Source: Octopus bimaculoides
Taxonomy: Eukaryota
Direction: 5' to 3'
Length of the DNA: 39,997 nt
Assembly: GCF_001194135.2 (NCBI RefSeq)
Contig: NC_069002.1
Span: 36,690,891-36,730,887 of the forward strand
Of the stretch, positions 32,701-39,997 are shown piece by piece. The position numbers and the translations under genes are program-made. Positions within the stretch are counted from its first letter, which is position 1. The number at the start of each line of letters is the position of its first letter. The notes below the pieces were generated by a model. That model worked only from the letters and a program-made list of their open reading frames with translations, was not told the DNA's origin and searched no databases.

Positions 32701-34631
32701 TCTGTCCATTATAAATAAAGTTTCTTGCAGTTTGTTTGGAGCAGTAAAGTTGTCAACATTTTGGAGCAGTAAAGATGTCAACGTGCAAAAAATGAACTCT
32801 GACAGTAACACTGACAGGTGATTAATGTGGAGGAATTTGACAGTTATGACACAACAGTCACACACAATGAGCAATAAAAGTCAGAATGTAATATGCGGTT
32901 AATGCTGCGTTGTGCAACATAAATATTTGTGACTGGTGACAGAGTATTGTTGTATACAATGCATGAATACATGATCTCATTATTCAGGAGGTAAGTTTCG
33001 AAACCTTTCATATTACTCCTTTTTGCCATTAACCTGAATTCAATTCACAAGTGCATTTGTATTCATAGACTGTGGTAAACTGGTTTGCACAGTGCGCTTC
33101 TTTGTTGCAAATCTTTTTATAAAAACTTTACATATTTGATCTTTAAAAATTGTAAAACATTTGTTCACCATTCTTTTTTTTTTTTCTATAACCTCTTTTA
33201 GACTACAGACCGGTGTCAAACAAGACAATTTTTCCACAGACAGGAGGATCACACACATAACAAATTACAACTAAGTGGATAATATACAATTTAATTAAAC
33301 AATACATACATATTATTTGTATATGTGTGTGTGTGTGTTAAATGTGTGATATATAATGGTTTCAAATTTTAGCACAAGACCAGCAATTTCAGGAGAGGGG
33401 GGTAAGTCGACTGCATCAACCCCCAGCACTCAACTGGAGTTTATTTTATCCACCCTACAAAAGGGTGAAAAGCAGAGATGACCGTGGCAGAATTTGAACT
33501 TTATACTATAAAAGACGGATGAAATGTTGCTAAGTGTGCTGCCTGGTATACAATTATATATGTATCATATATGTAATATATAACAATGCTAAAACACCCA
33601 GAAGACTGTGATCGTAGTTTCAATCCTAGTAACTGATGGTGTGTTGTGTTCTTGAGCAAAATACTTCATTTCATGTTGCTCCAGTCCACTCAGCTGAAAA
33701 GGAGTACTGGCAATAAATGGGAAATTTACCCAGCAATGGACTGGTGTCCTGTTCAGTGGCGAGTGCTGTAACCTTGGCAACTGAATTAAGCTCAGACTTT
33801 AGGAGCCCTTGAGCTCCTGACAGACCTAAGTCTAAATAAGTGAGTTTTTTCATGGCTCAGTCAGAGAAGCAGTACAGTGCAACGGACCCTTGTGGAATTA
33901 CCAAGAATAGGAAGAAACGGAGGAAGGAAACTTCTGCTTATGGTTGCTGCAATAGGAAACATGTTTTCTACAAATGGAATAGCTTAATTTTCTTCTCGTC
34001 TTGACATAATTTTGATGAATGAGCCAATTGTATCTATCCAATCAATATATTTAGGCTTCAAATATATCCAGTAAACATAAGTCATTGGCTCTTAAATGGT
34101 GCTCTGTGGTGCATTGCAGATTTTAGAAAATATAATTTAAGACTTTTGAAAAACTCCATACTAACCATTGGCCATCTTAGAAACCCTAACATAATTTTTA
34201 GAAGTAGTTAAACTAGTTTTTAAGCCTTTTGCTGTTGAACTTTCAGCAGATATGAATACATTTTGTTATTCTCTTTATACACATAAAATAAAGGAGATTG
34301 CCCTGACAAGTCTCAGTGTATTGAGCACTCAAAGGACAAGAATCCCTCAACTTCTCATTCCTCTGTCCATGGGACTATTTAGATCAACACATTCTAGAAC
34401 TTAGATGTAATTTGCTTACTATACATTTATCTGCAACACATTTAAATAATTAATCATTATTTAATTTAATCACTATTTAACACAGTGTGTATTAGAAAAC
34501 TTATATTCCTTACCTTCTCCTTTCTTAAAAAGTCCATCTTGCTTGTCTTTCATCCATACAATACCTTCTTTATCAAATTTCATGTTGGTCTGCAAAGAAA
34601 GACTTGCAAGTGCTTTGCTATTGAACCTCAT
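1814..34631 (-). CDS. INPP4: Type I inositol 3,4-bisphosphate 4-phosphatase (INPP4A/B-like), 5' partial gene model with 12 coding exons (PH + C2 + start of helical region); continues left of 1814
   Basis: Manual splicing of 34631-34514, 32136-32069, 31597-31510, 30803-30600, 29629-29591, 20593-20475, 19851-19741, 18944-18865, 18190-18106, 16102-15924, 15078-15021 and 1922-1814 gives 1258 nt (419 codons + 1). No stops, all GT-AG, all phases compatible. The translation follows my recollection of human INPP4A segments in order: EPCVEICI~EPVLEFSL, TPPQQNWTLNSHTEIIE~TPPQAFWTKHAQTEIIE, QEVMAE~LEQMAE, KLFIEEE..LQDLGE~KLLLEED..LEELGE. Not database-verified. Confidence 0.92.
2228..2645 (-). mobile_element. 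Two tandem copies of a tRNA-derived CORE-type SINE
   Basis: GCTGGCAGAATCGTTAGC head, B box GAGTTCAAATTCC (2564-76), core CTTTCATCCTTTCAGGGTCAATAA. Other copies at 4613-4770, 17845-17960, 18598-18705, 24020-24132, 25792-25968, 26013-26190 (+) and 33370-33545. Confidence 0.8.
2647..2742. repeat. (AAT)n microsatellite spanning a 10-N gap
   Basis: Direct reading. Confidence 0.95.
2787..4157 (+). mobile_element. Full-length mariner (IS630-Tc1-mariner) element, inactive transposase; centre in assembly gap 3189-3754
   Basis: TIRs ttgggttggcaactaagttcc (from 2787) and ggaacttagttgccaacacca (to 4157), each flanked by TA. ORF from 2933 (MECQVKKNKHFRHLLLF, HTH ..DAPCSGRP). C-terminus HDNARPH..HPPYSPDLTPTNFHLF. 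Frameshift near 3980; true stop at 4076-4078 after ERWEEVVNNKGEYIID. Confidence 0.95.
6139..6290 (-). pseudogene. Possible UBX-domain remnant (retrocopy fragment?)
   Basis: RIQVQFPDG (6267-6241) and LKYVSRYV lie in ungapped register with the UBX consensus RLQIRLPDG..L..VYDFV. The intervening codons read HLSSKFS in the +1 frame. Confidence 0.4.
7096..7297 (-). mobile_element. hAT (Charlie-like) MITE
   Basis: gtgtttctcaac ... gttgagaatccctg with perfect 8-bp TSD gtttagaa at 7088-95 and 7298-7305. Related partial copies at 4375-4612, 20055-20130 and 28276-28390. Confidence 0.8.
7801..9306 (+). mobile_element. Second, heavily decayed mariner element with a nested MITE
   Basis: TA+ggttgtcagataaa at 7799-7814 and tttatctgacaaccc+TA ending 9308. 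Transposase remnants CQVEKENEH (~7970), HDNAHL (~8925) and HQGINKFMEHWQEVVDNEGE (ORF 9056-9424), with many stops and frameshifts. Confidence 0.88.
7995..8217 (+). mobile_element. piggyBac-type MITE nested in mariner 2
   Basis: Right end ctgaatggcaaaggg|TTAA; body shared with the copies at 13146, 15505, 22845 and 23205; left TIR degraded. Confidence 0.7.
9308..9860. repeat. Microsatellite cluster: (CA)n, (TA)n, (TACA)n, (ATATAGACAT)n with 10-N gaps
   Basis: Direct reading; tracts at 9308-9398 and 9612-9860. Confidence 0.95.
9405..9590 (+). mobile_element. Decayed tRNA-derived SINE
   Basis: B-box-like ggtttcgtttccc followed by ttcatattgttccagtccact, shared with 33595-33760. Confidence 0.55.
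13146..13357 (+). mobile_element. piggyBac-type MITE (~210 bp)
   Basis: Ends TTAAtcttttagcatt ... aatgctaaaaggcTAA are inverted repeats with TTAA-like flanks and CCC/GGG-type termini. Confidence 0.75.
13450..14757 (+). mobile_element. Decayed pogo/Tigger-family DNA transposon (DDE_1 transposase pseudogene)
   Basis: Remnant motifs FKLRIMELAE (HTH), RNMNKTRVF (~GNMDETPVF), LCCLADESKL..ILKRK (~LACTADGTKLPPMIIFK) and VLQSPDVALNKLFKD (~LQPLDVSINKPFKD). Pogo-like terminus gcattatatacgag at ~14733. Left boundary uncertain. Confidence 0.8.
15021..15078 (-). CDS. INPP4: INPP4 exon 11: KLFIEEERERINMLQDLGE
   Basis: cttttcttttag acceptor, GAG|gtaagt donor, phase 2 to 0. Confidence 0.92.
15505..15726 (-). 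mobile_element. piggyBac-type MITE, opposite orientation
   Basis: Reverse-complement similarity to 13146-13357; ends ccctttaacattcag ... aaacgctaaagagTTAA. Confidence 0.75.
15924..16102 (-). CDS. INPP4: INPP4 exon 10: GSVSYGEKLQNRGLGNLKIMFSNPIKKTFRFDTNKARMQLFVQEVMAEFKWNYTLPLQL(L)
   Basis: tttctgtttctttctag acceptor, CT|gtaagt donor, phase 0 to 2. TFRF...VQEVMAE aligns with MYRF...LEQMAE. Confidence 0.92.
18106..18190 (-). CDS. INPP4: INPP4 exon 9: SPDSSAAGQIQITAWVHDESILIEDNSR
   Basis: tgttttgtag acceptor, AGG|gtaatt donor, phase 2 to 0. GQIQITAW aligns with GNITVIGW, the last C2 strand. Confidence 0.88.
18865..18944 (-). CDS. INPP4: INPP4 exon 8: MSQLGYVMFDLKSLLAKPDKKLHLPL(M)
   Basis: tctatttcag acceptor, AT|gtaagt donor, phase 0 to 2. 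Confidence 0.9.
19741..19851 (-). CDS. INPP4: INPP4 exon 7: RSNDPQFLKTIGFGMNIKLKTRVKFTVYHVNERMTNT
   Basis: ctccttttttctag acceptor, ACC|gtgagt donor, phase 0-0. C2 motif NP-F...TRVK-TVY. Confidence 0.93.
20143..20423 (+). mobile_element. Headless copy of the same SINE, 52 nt from the exon 6 donor
   Basis: ccttgggcaagtgtcttctattatagcc ... gcagtgccccagcatggcc is the reverse complement of 24145-24460. Confidence 0.8.
20475..20593 (-). CDS. INPP4: INPP4 exon 6: (A)AKDLPNDRTGQPPNPFVMITTITPPQQNWTLNSHTEIIE
   Basis: tttttctatttgcag acceptor, GAG|gtagga donor, phase 1 to 0. C2 motif PNPFV...TPPQ..W....TEIIE. Confidence 0.93.
20930..21058. repeat. Near-perfect inverted repeat: 47-bp stem, one 3-nt bulge, 32-nt loop
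   Basis: 20930-20976 is the reverse complement of 21009-21058 apart from 3 extra nt in the right arm; TA at both outer ends. Confidence 0.95.
21325..21665 (+). mobile_element. hAT (Charlie-like) MITE with 8-bp target-site duplication
   Basis: TIRs cagtggttctca / tgagaactcctg; flanks gtttagtc (21317-24) and gcttagtc (21666-73). Confidence 0.85.
22524..22571. repeat. (GAT)n microsatellite
   Basis: Direct reading. Confidence 0.95.
22845..23410 (-). mobile_element. Two further piggyBac-type MITE copies (~22845-23040 and ~23205-23410)
   Basis: Same internal motifs as the 15505 copy (tgaattaatcat, tttttaggatgacattgtaggg, gtagaatattt). Confidence 0.7.
24145..24535 (-). mobile_element. Full-length tRNA/CORE-like SINE with internal (GT)/(AT) microsatellite
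   Basis: Head GCAGGTGTGGCTGTGTGG..GAGTTCAGTCCC, then a MIR/CORE-like CCTTGGG-AAG-GTCTT segment and a 3' domain. Other copies at 72-232, 323-520, 10598-10730, 19375-19505, 20143-20423, 25590-25700 and 28425-28640. Confidence 0.8.
26298..26466 (+). mobile_element. RTE-type 3' end with (GAT)n tail
   Basis: aaaagcacccactacactctcggagtggttggcgttaggaaggg...catggaaagtggacgttaaacgatgatgatg. Copies at 16290-16500 (+), 30833-30986 (+), 5335-5487 (-), 16822-17010 (-), 17530-17725 (-) and 30030-30150 (-). Confidence 0.7.
29591..29629 (-). CDS. INPP4: INPP4 exon 5 (39 nt): (D)LSGEEPCVEICI
   Basis: tttatttttatag acceptor, G|gtaagt donor, phase 1-1. Start of the C2 domain. Confidence 0.85.
30600..30803 (-). 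CDS. INPP4: INPP4 exon 4: (V)YEGDENPVHFATRTEEQRDQWIQTLHIASYECLKMQLQSLREQLVSKTGHDPLDRMPQQDTCSTNTP
   Basis: ttttctatttgcag acceptor, CAG|gtaagc donor, 204 nt, phase 1-1. Contains the PH C-terminal helix W motif and TGHDPL (TGKDPL in PLEKHJ1). Confidence 0.93.
30833..30986 (+). mobile_element. RTE-type 3' end abutting the exon 4 polypyrimidine tract
   Basis: Same family as 26298-26466; (GAT)n tail at 30962-30986. Confidence 0.7.
31510..31597 (-). CDS. INPP4: INPP4 exon 3: NTDPLGVLIIERCTVELDTDDENLHGFML
   Basis: ttttttcattgcag acceptor, G|gtaagt donor, phase 0 to 1. P-G---ERC resembles PLEKHJ1 PVGALLLERC. Confidence 0.92.
32069..32136 (-). CDS. INPP4: INPP4 exon 2: (A)FVERFCRLKGNMLFYFKSKEFT (PH beta2-beta3)
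   Basis: ctttggcag acceptor, ACA|gtaagt donor, phase 1 to 0. RLKGNMLFYF is a typical PH motif. Confidence 0.92.
32457..32718 (+). mobile_element. tRNA-headed SINE-like element with Penelope-like 3' tail
   Basis: Head ggcatatagcatagtggataagagcacgggttactaacc..aagttcaatcccagg; tail cacctgatgaaggctggag...cagaaacg resembles the CCTGATGAAG..CCGAAACG terminus of Penelope-like elements. Confidence 0.6.
34514..34631 (-). CDS. INPP4: INPP4 coding exon 1 (start codon): MRFNSKALASLSLQTNMKFDKEGIVWMKDKQDGLFKKGE
   Basis: Acceptor ttttattttgcag at 34638-39, 6-nt UTR ACAATC, ATG at 34631, donor G|gtaagg (phase 1). The MRFN-K start resembles PLEKHJ1-type PH domains. Confidence 0.9.
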
Positions 34632-36439
34632 GATTGTCTGCAAAATAAAACATGGAATATTTCCAATATTTTGCTGTTGTTATATTTGTGTCCTTCCTTT
34701 ATTAAAATAGTAGGGTGTTGCTTGAGGGAGATTTAGCTACTATTTCTAATATATACAATTTGTTTTGTTGGCTCACGCTGTTAGGGTTGCTTAATCCCAA
34801 GTCAACCCTGATGAAACAGATGCTCCAACTATGACCATCCTATCGTTCTTCAGACTTAGTCTTATTTAGGACCACACTATTCAAAGTGGGTGAGGGGAAT
34901 TTGGTTGTTATTTCTAGCAAGACAAGTGATTCAGTAGAACAGCATTTCCAAATTTTTTAGATTCCATTTTGGCAAATTAGTAAATCTCCACAACCCATTT
35001 GATTAAATATTTAAAAATAACCCACCCCTAACCCCTTGAGGAAATATTCCTTAGTTTTTGTTTGTAGTAAATGATGCTGTCTTGTGGCTTTTATGCCTCA
35101 AATAGTTTATTGTATAACACATTTATAACATTTCACAGTGTAAACAGGTTAGAAATGGTATCCAACCATAAAAATCAGGCCAAAAATAGAATTTAGGAGT
35201 GAGACATGATCCTCTGCTCCATCTAAAAGTGCAGCAGCCTTGAATATGAACTGAGATTCAACAACCCATACCAGCAGGGAAAACAGCTGTAAAATGATGA
35301 CAATGATGATGATTTTAGATTTTATCAAACATTTTAAAGATGTCCTTTCTTTGCTTTTCTACTGCTTCTACAATGGCTCTACTTCTCAGAGCTGGCTGGG
35401 CATTCCCAACCCATCCCTCTTATCTTTGCTGTATCCAACCCCTCAAGCCCTATACTAATCACTGCATTCAATTCTACCTTCCCAGAATGTTGACCCTCTC
35501 AGGCTCTTTCCCAAGATGTAGACTTGCAATTGCCAAAGAAGAATATTAACTGCATCAGTCACATTGGTCCTGAACAGCTTAAGAAGGCTATGGGCAATCC
35601 CCATTTCTCCAGACCCAGCCAAATAAAAGAAAATTATCTTTGTGACTCTATCAGAACCATATTACAACCCAGTTTGGTAAGCAGTGTCACAGGAGTTCTT
35701 TGAATATTCAGTTCATTGCTGACCTAGGGGTAACTGAAAGAGTGTATCTGTAGAGATGAAATATGAATGACAAGGGATGAAATATGAGATATGCCAATTC
35801 CTGTCCCATGTTACAGTCTGCACAACATACACACACCCAATTATTCTCCCTCTCTCTCTCTCTAAAAGTGAACCCCATTTAAAAAGAAAAAGAAGAAATA
35901 AGAAAGTAAGAAGTGTTTCCCTTCTTGTTCCACAGATGGCTGATTAGCAAACAGTGAGGAAGGAGAAGTGAGAAGAACTCGAGCAATTACCAGCCAACCA
36001 ATGGAAGCAGAGGGAAATAAATGCAATGCACCAAACGATTACAAAAAGAGAGAGGGAAGCTAATTATAACACAATTTACATATGCTTTAATTGTATAATT
36101 ATTAAGGCTCTACACTACTAACCACATAGTCATGCATTTAAACAGTGTTTAAGCTTCAAGATTCTTCTCACACCAAACTATATACCAGGCTGTCATCTGT
36201 ACTTGTCACTTACTTCCTTCCCTCCTTCCTTTCTTTTTCTTCTTGTCAACTCTAAATGAAACCAGTAATCCAACAAGCATACACACTTTAGATCAAAATG
36301 TTTCTCAAATTGAACACCCTTGCCCTTAAAGCATAGCTTCCCAAAGTGGGCGATGGGTGAATTTCTAGAAAATGGTGAGCGATATGAGAATTTTGTGGGT
36401 GACAAAGAATTTTTAGAAATTAAGTCTGATATTGGAAGT

Positions 36440-37012
36440 ATCTACCCACATGTAGGAGATGTATGACATGTGACCTCAGCCTTGAATGAATTCTGAATTT
36501 AATGTCAAGGTCGTTTGGACAACGCTGGTGGTATATTCTCCATATTGTGCAAATGGTGCAGCACTCACAGCAGCGGTGGAGAGAATAAAGGTTCCACGTT
36601 TTAAGGGTGTCCCAAAAATCAAGATCAGTCATACCCTTTCAATTTTCTAGTGAATGCTCTCAGGGATGACTCAATTTCCATAATGTTTTGTTTGGTGTAA
36701 GGGAAACCACAGGGGCAACGATATTCTAGGTGTGGCCATAGAAAGGTGAAGAGGGGAATGGTGACACATTGCTCTCTGAACCAAAAAGATCCGAGGAACC
36801 TGAGCTCATCCAGCAAGCCAGAAGTTTATTGTTGATGTGGACACTCCAGCTGAGATTGTTGTCAACAATTACCCCAAAGTCCCTGATATTATTGGATCCT
36901 GTGAGTAGTTCTCCTAAAGGAAGAGAATATGGTTGTTGGAGCAGTCTTTTTCCCCCCAAGTACATGATTTCAAATTTACCCTCATTTAACATTTTACTTT
37001 TGTGTGCCCATT
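36440..37012 (-). mobile_element. 5'-truncated CR1/L2-type LINE, RT C-terminal remnant
   Basis: RDFGVIVDNNLSWSVHINNK, WPHLEYRCP...IESSLRAFTRKLKG and DFWDTLKTWNLYSLHRC across shifted frames (ORFs 36726-37145, 36625-36816, 36420-36632). Confidence 0.85.
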
Positions 37013-37048
37013 GGCTTACATACACACATACATACATACATACATATA

Positions 37049-37249
37049 TGAAGAGGTGCTGAAAAGTTCCTGGTTTTAAGGATATCACGAAAAGCCTGGT
37101 TGGAGTTCTTTTACAGGGCTTAGAAAAAATGAAGGACTGCTGCAATAAGTGTGTGAATCTGAGAAGTGAATATATTGCATAAAATCATAATTAACTGATT
37201 CTCCTGTATTTTCTTTTACCCAAAGTCAGGAACTTTTCAGCACCTCACC
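37049..37249 (+). mobile_element. Internally deleted mariner (MITE)
   Basis: TIRs gaggtgctgaaaagttcctg / caggaacttttcagcacctc flanked by TA. Retains a transposase C-terminal remnant CNKCVNLRSEYIA*. Confidence 0.85.
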
Positions 37250-39118
37250 TATACACACACACAAGTGTATGTATGTGTAGAGAGAGAGAAAGAGAGAAAT
37301 GTATTTGATTTGCAAATTTATTCTTAGTATGTTCTGGCAGATTCAAATGCAAAAAAGCTAATTACTCTTGTGCATGTCACAAGAAAACATTTCCCTATTA
37401 CAATGGCAGTGCATGCATAATACACCCAGTTTACTGGTGCAAGGGGCTCTGGAACACTGCTGTTTTGACATGTTATGCCTTATCGGCAGAAGCATCCAGA
37501 CCTTTGAACCCAAACAAGCCACTGTCTTTCTTTATAATTTCAGTGAGCAAACTGTTTGCTGACCAGCGCTTGTATCTGCAAACTGATAGAAAAATCTTAT
37601 TTGCACTGTGTACAGCGAGATTTGAAACAATGATTTGTATTTTTTTATTCTTAATAAATTCCTGCAGATTCAAATGCAAATATGTTCATCACTGTTCTGT
37701 ACGTCACAGGAGAACAACTTCTCTCATTGACGATAGCGTGTTCATCACATCTCAAAACACTCGTGTCCCAGAATCCCTTGTGCCAATAAGCCAAGTATGG
37801 TTATGATCAGAATAGCCTTTTGACCATAGGTTTATATCCAAAGTGAGGAAGTCAAAGAGGGGAACTGCTAGAAATAACAAATAATTTTGGAACCAGACCT
37901 TTCTGATGTGAAATAAAATAACAAAAAGAAAACATTAAATAATGTGATCCAAGGTACACTATGACTGCAAAAAAAATTATAAAACAGGATGGTCACAGCT
38001 AGAATGTCTTTAATTAGGGTTAATTTGAAGCCAACATAAATTGTACGGCGATATGTGCATGTGGTAACTGCATGAGTTGTGCATTGCACTGTTGTCAGTG
38101 TGACTCCATTTGGATGTTGTTTACATTTGCTCCAGGGATCATGTTTGGCATGTCTGGAATTTTTATTGTTCCTAGGTTTGTCTTGATAGTAGAATGTGAG
38201 GTAAGGGGATAGGAGGGAGGAGGCTGGTGTGTAAGAGATGGGAGAGGAGGAGCCAGGAGAGGCTGGCTTGTGTGTCTGTGGGATGGTGGTAGATTAAATG
38301 GCATGATTGGTTTTGAGAGGCTGGCTGCTTGCTTTCACCTCAATTGTTTGCAGGTTTGTCAATTATAGAAAACTGCAGGCTGTAAAAATCAGCAAAGTTT
38401 GGAAGGCAGGTTGGGGGTGAGGTGGTGTGGTTTTGAGAGAGTGACAAATAAAGACAGGGGGGGGGGAGATAAATAGGAAAGAAATGAAAGTTAGAAGGGA
38501 GTTTAGAGGGAAATGGAAGCTGCATGGAGACGGACAGACACCAAAAGAGAAAGAGAGGGAGAAAGAGAAAGAGTTGGAGAAAGAGAGGGAGAATACTGAA
38601 GAGAGCTTTGAAAAGAAAGAGAGAGTTTAGTGAACAGGAGAATGTAGTATCAGACGATATTTATACTATATAATGTATTTAATTACCCAATGCTGTGCAA
38701 TATATTCTCTGCTTTACACTCTCTTTCATTCGCTTCCAAATAGACAACAGAGGAAATGAAAATTCTCATTAACAACTGAGATTTAAACCAGAGAATAATA
38801 ATAAAGACAATCGCACACAATGTTTAACAATACGTTCCTTAAACATTTCAAATGCACTTGTCAACGGTCACTCAACATGCTAAAAATTGAAGCAGGAGTA
38901 TAAAAAGAAAAATGGAACAATACATTAGATAATTTATTCACCCTGTGTCAGAATAAAAGCTGCAAAGATCACCAACAGTGTGCTATTGACTATAAAGGTC
39001 TGCCTGACAGGAGTGACTTCAGGTTAAAGAACATTTTCTTTTTATGAACATGACACATCACTCTAATTGTCTCCTAAACATGTTTATACTAAATATATGT
39101 AAATACATACAGAGATAT

Positions 39119-39492
39119 TGTTGTTGGCACTCTGTCGCTTACGGCGTCGAGGGTTCCAGTTGATTCGATCAACAGAACAGCGTGCTCGTGAGATTAACGT
39201 GCAAGTGGCTGAGCACTCCACAGACACGTGTACTCTTAACGTAGTTCTCTGGGGATATTCAACATGACACAGTGTCACAAGGCTGGCCCTTTTAAAAACA
39301 GGTACAATAGAAACAGGAAGAAAGGGAGAGAGAAAGAGTACAGCAGGGTTCCCCACCATCCCCTGCCGGAGCCTTGTGGAGCTTTAGGTGTTTTCGCTCA
39401 ATAAACACTTACAACGCCCGGTCTGGGAATCGAAACCGCGATCCTATGACCGCGAGTCCGCTGCCCTAACCACTGGGTCATTGCGCCTCCAC
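39119..39492 (-). mobile_element. Full-length tRNA-derived SINE (~370 bp)
   Basis: Head GGAGGCGCAATGACCCAGTGGTTAGGGCAGCGGACTCGCGG..GGTTTCGATTCCC with A box (39470-80) and B box (39425-37); CAACAACAA tail. Headless copy at ~18378-18503 (+). Confidence 0.85.
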
Positions 39493-39636
39493 ATACAGAG
39501 ATAATGATGCAAATAAACAAATAAAACTGCTTGGGCTAGATACACAAAATATACATACATATATGCGTGTAAATGGAGAGAGGACAAAAACTGAAAATAT
39601 TCGGACAATGAATATTCGTGTATGAATATATAAATA

Positions 39637-39666
39637 CAGGGGTTGGACAAAACAATGGAAATACCT
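39637..39666 (+). mobile_element. Tc1-like terminal inverted repeat, interrupted by the RTE fragment
   Basis: TA + caggggttggacaaaacaatggaaatacct, a Tc1-type end from recall; the partner TIR is not in the window. Confidence 0.55.
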
Positions 39667-39997
39667 GACGCATGCGTACGAACAGCCATGCTACATGGCA
39701 GTGAAACATGGGCTGTAACTGCTGAGGACATACGTAAGCTCGCAAGGAATGAAGCCAGTATGCTCCGTTGGATGTGTAATGTCAATGTGAATACCCGTCA
39801 GAGTGTAAGTATCTTGAGAGAAAAGCTGAACATTAGAAGCATCAGTTGTGGTGTGCAAGAGAGACGATTGCGCTGGTATGGACATGTGGTGAGAATGGAT
39901 GAGGATAGCTGCGTGAAAAAGTGCCACACCCTAACAGTTGAGGGAACCCGTGGAAGAGGTAGGCCCAGGAAGACCTGGGCTGAGGTGGTGAGGCAAG
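39667..39997 (+). mobile_element. RTE-clade LINE, 3' part of ORF, open to the window end
   Basis: Uninterrupted frame DACVRTAMLHGSETWAV...MLRWMC...RRLRWYGHVVRM...EGTRGRGRPRKTW: hallmark RTE post-RT motifs. Missing from the ORF track because there is no stop in the window. Confidence 0.92.

Noticed and set aside
38190-38640. Long purine-rich (GA) tract
   Set aside because: It is low-complexity sequence without a regular unit or coding signal; G4 or triplex potential cannot be supported by eye.
1-39997. CRISPR arrays, rRNA, operon-like or prokaryotic defence systems
   Set aside because: There are no spaced direct-repeat arrays or such genes; the window is intron-rich animal DNA.

Overview
AT-rich eukaryotic genomic window from a gapped draft assembly. 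The SINE, RTE and microsatellite content suggests a coleoid cephalopod, most likely Octopus (inference). The main feature is the 5' part of one minus-strand multi-exon gene, a type I inositol 3,4-bisphosphate 4-phosphatase (INPP4A/B-like). I assembled 12 coding exons by hand (34631 down to 1814). All introns are GT-AG, phases are consistent, and the joined frame is open for 419 codons: N-terminal PLEKHJ1-like PH domain, C2 domain, then the start of the helical region. The catalytic CX5R part lies beyond the left edge or in the N gap. The introns hold two dead mariner elements, a pogo remnant, mariner, hAT and piggyBac-type MITEs, CR1-like and RTE LINE fragments, several tRNA-derived SINE families and microsatellites. 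The most interesting unexplained items are: a GC-rich candidate alternative exon at 11269-11511 that sits in register with exon 12; a 142-bp inverted duplication of a Penelope-like tail around a tRNA-like head near exon 2; a near-perfect 47-bp hairpin near exon 6; a frameshifted UBX-domain-like remnant; and several inverted repeat pairs that bracket exons. No prokaryotic systems, CRISPR arrays or rRNA are present.
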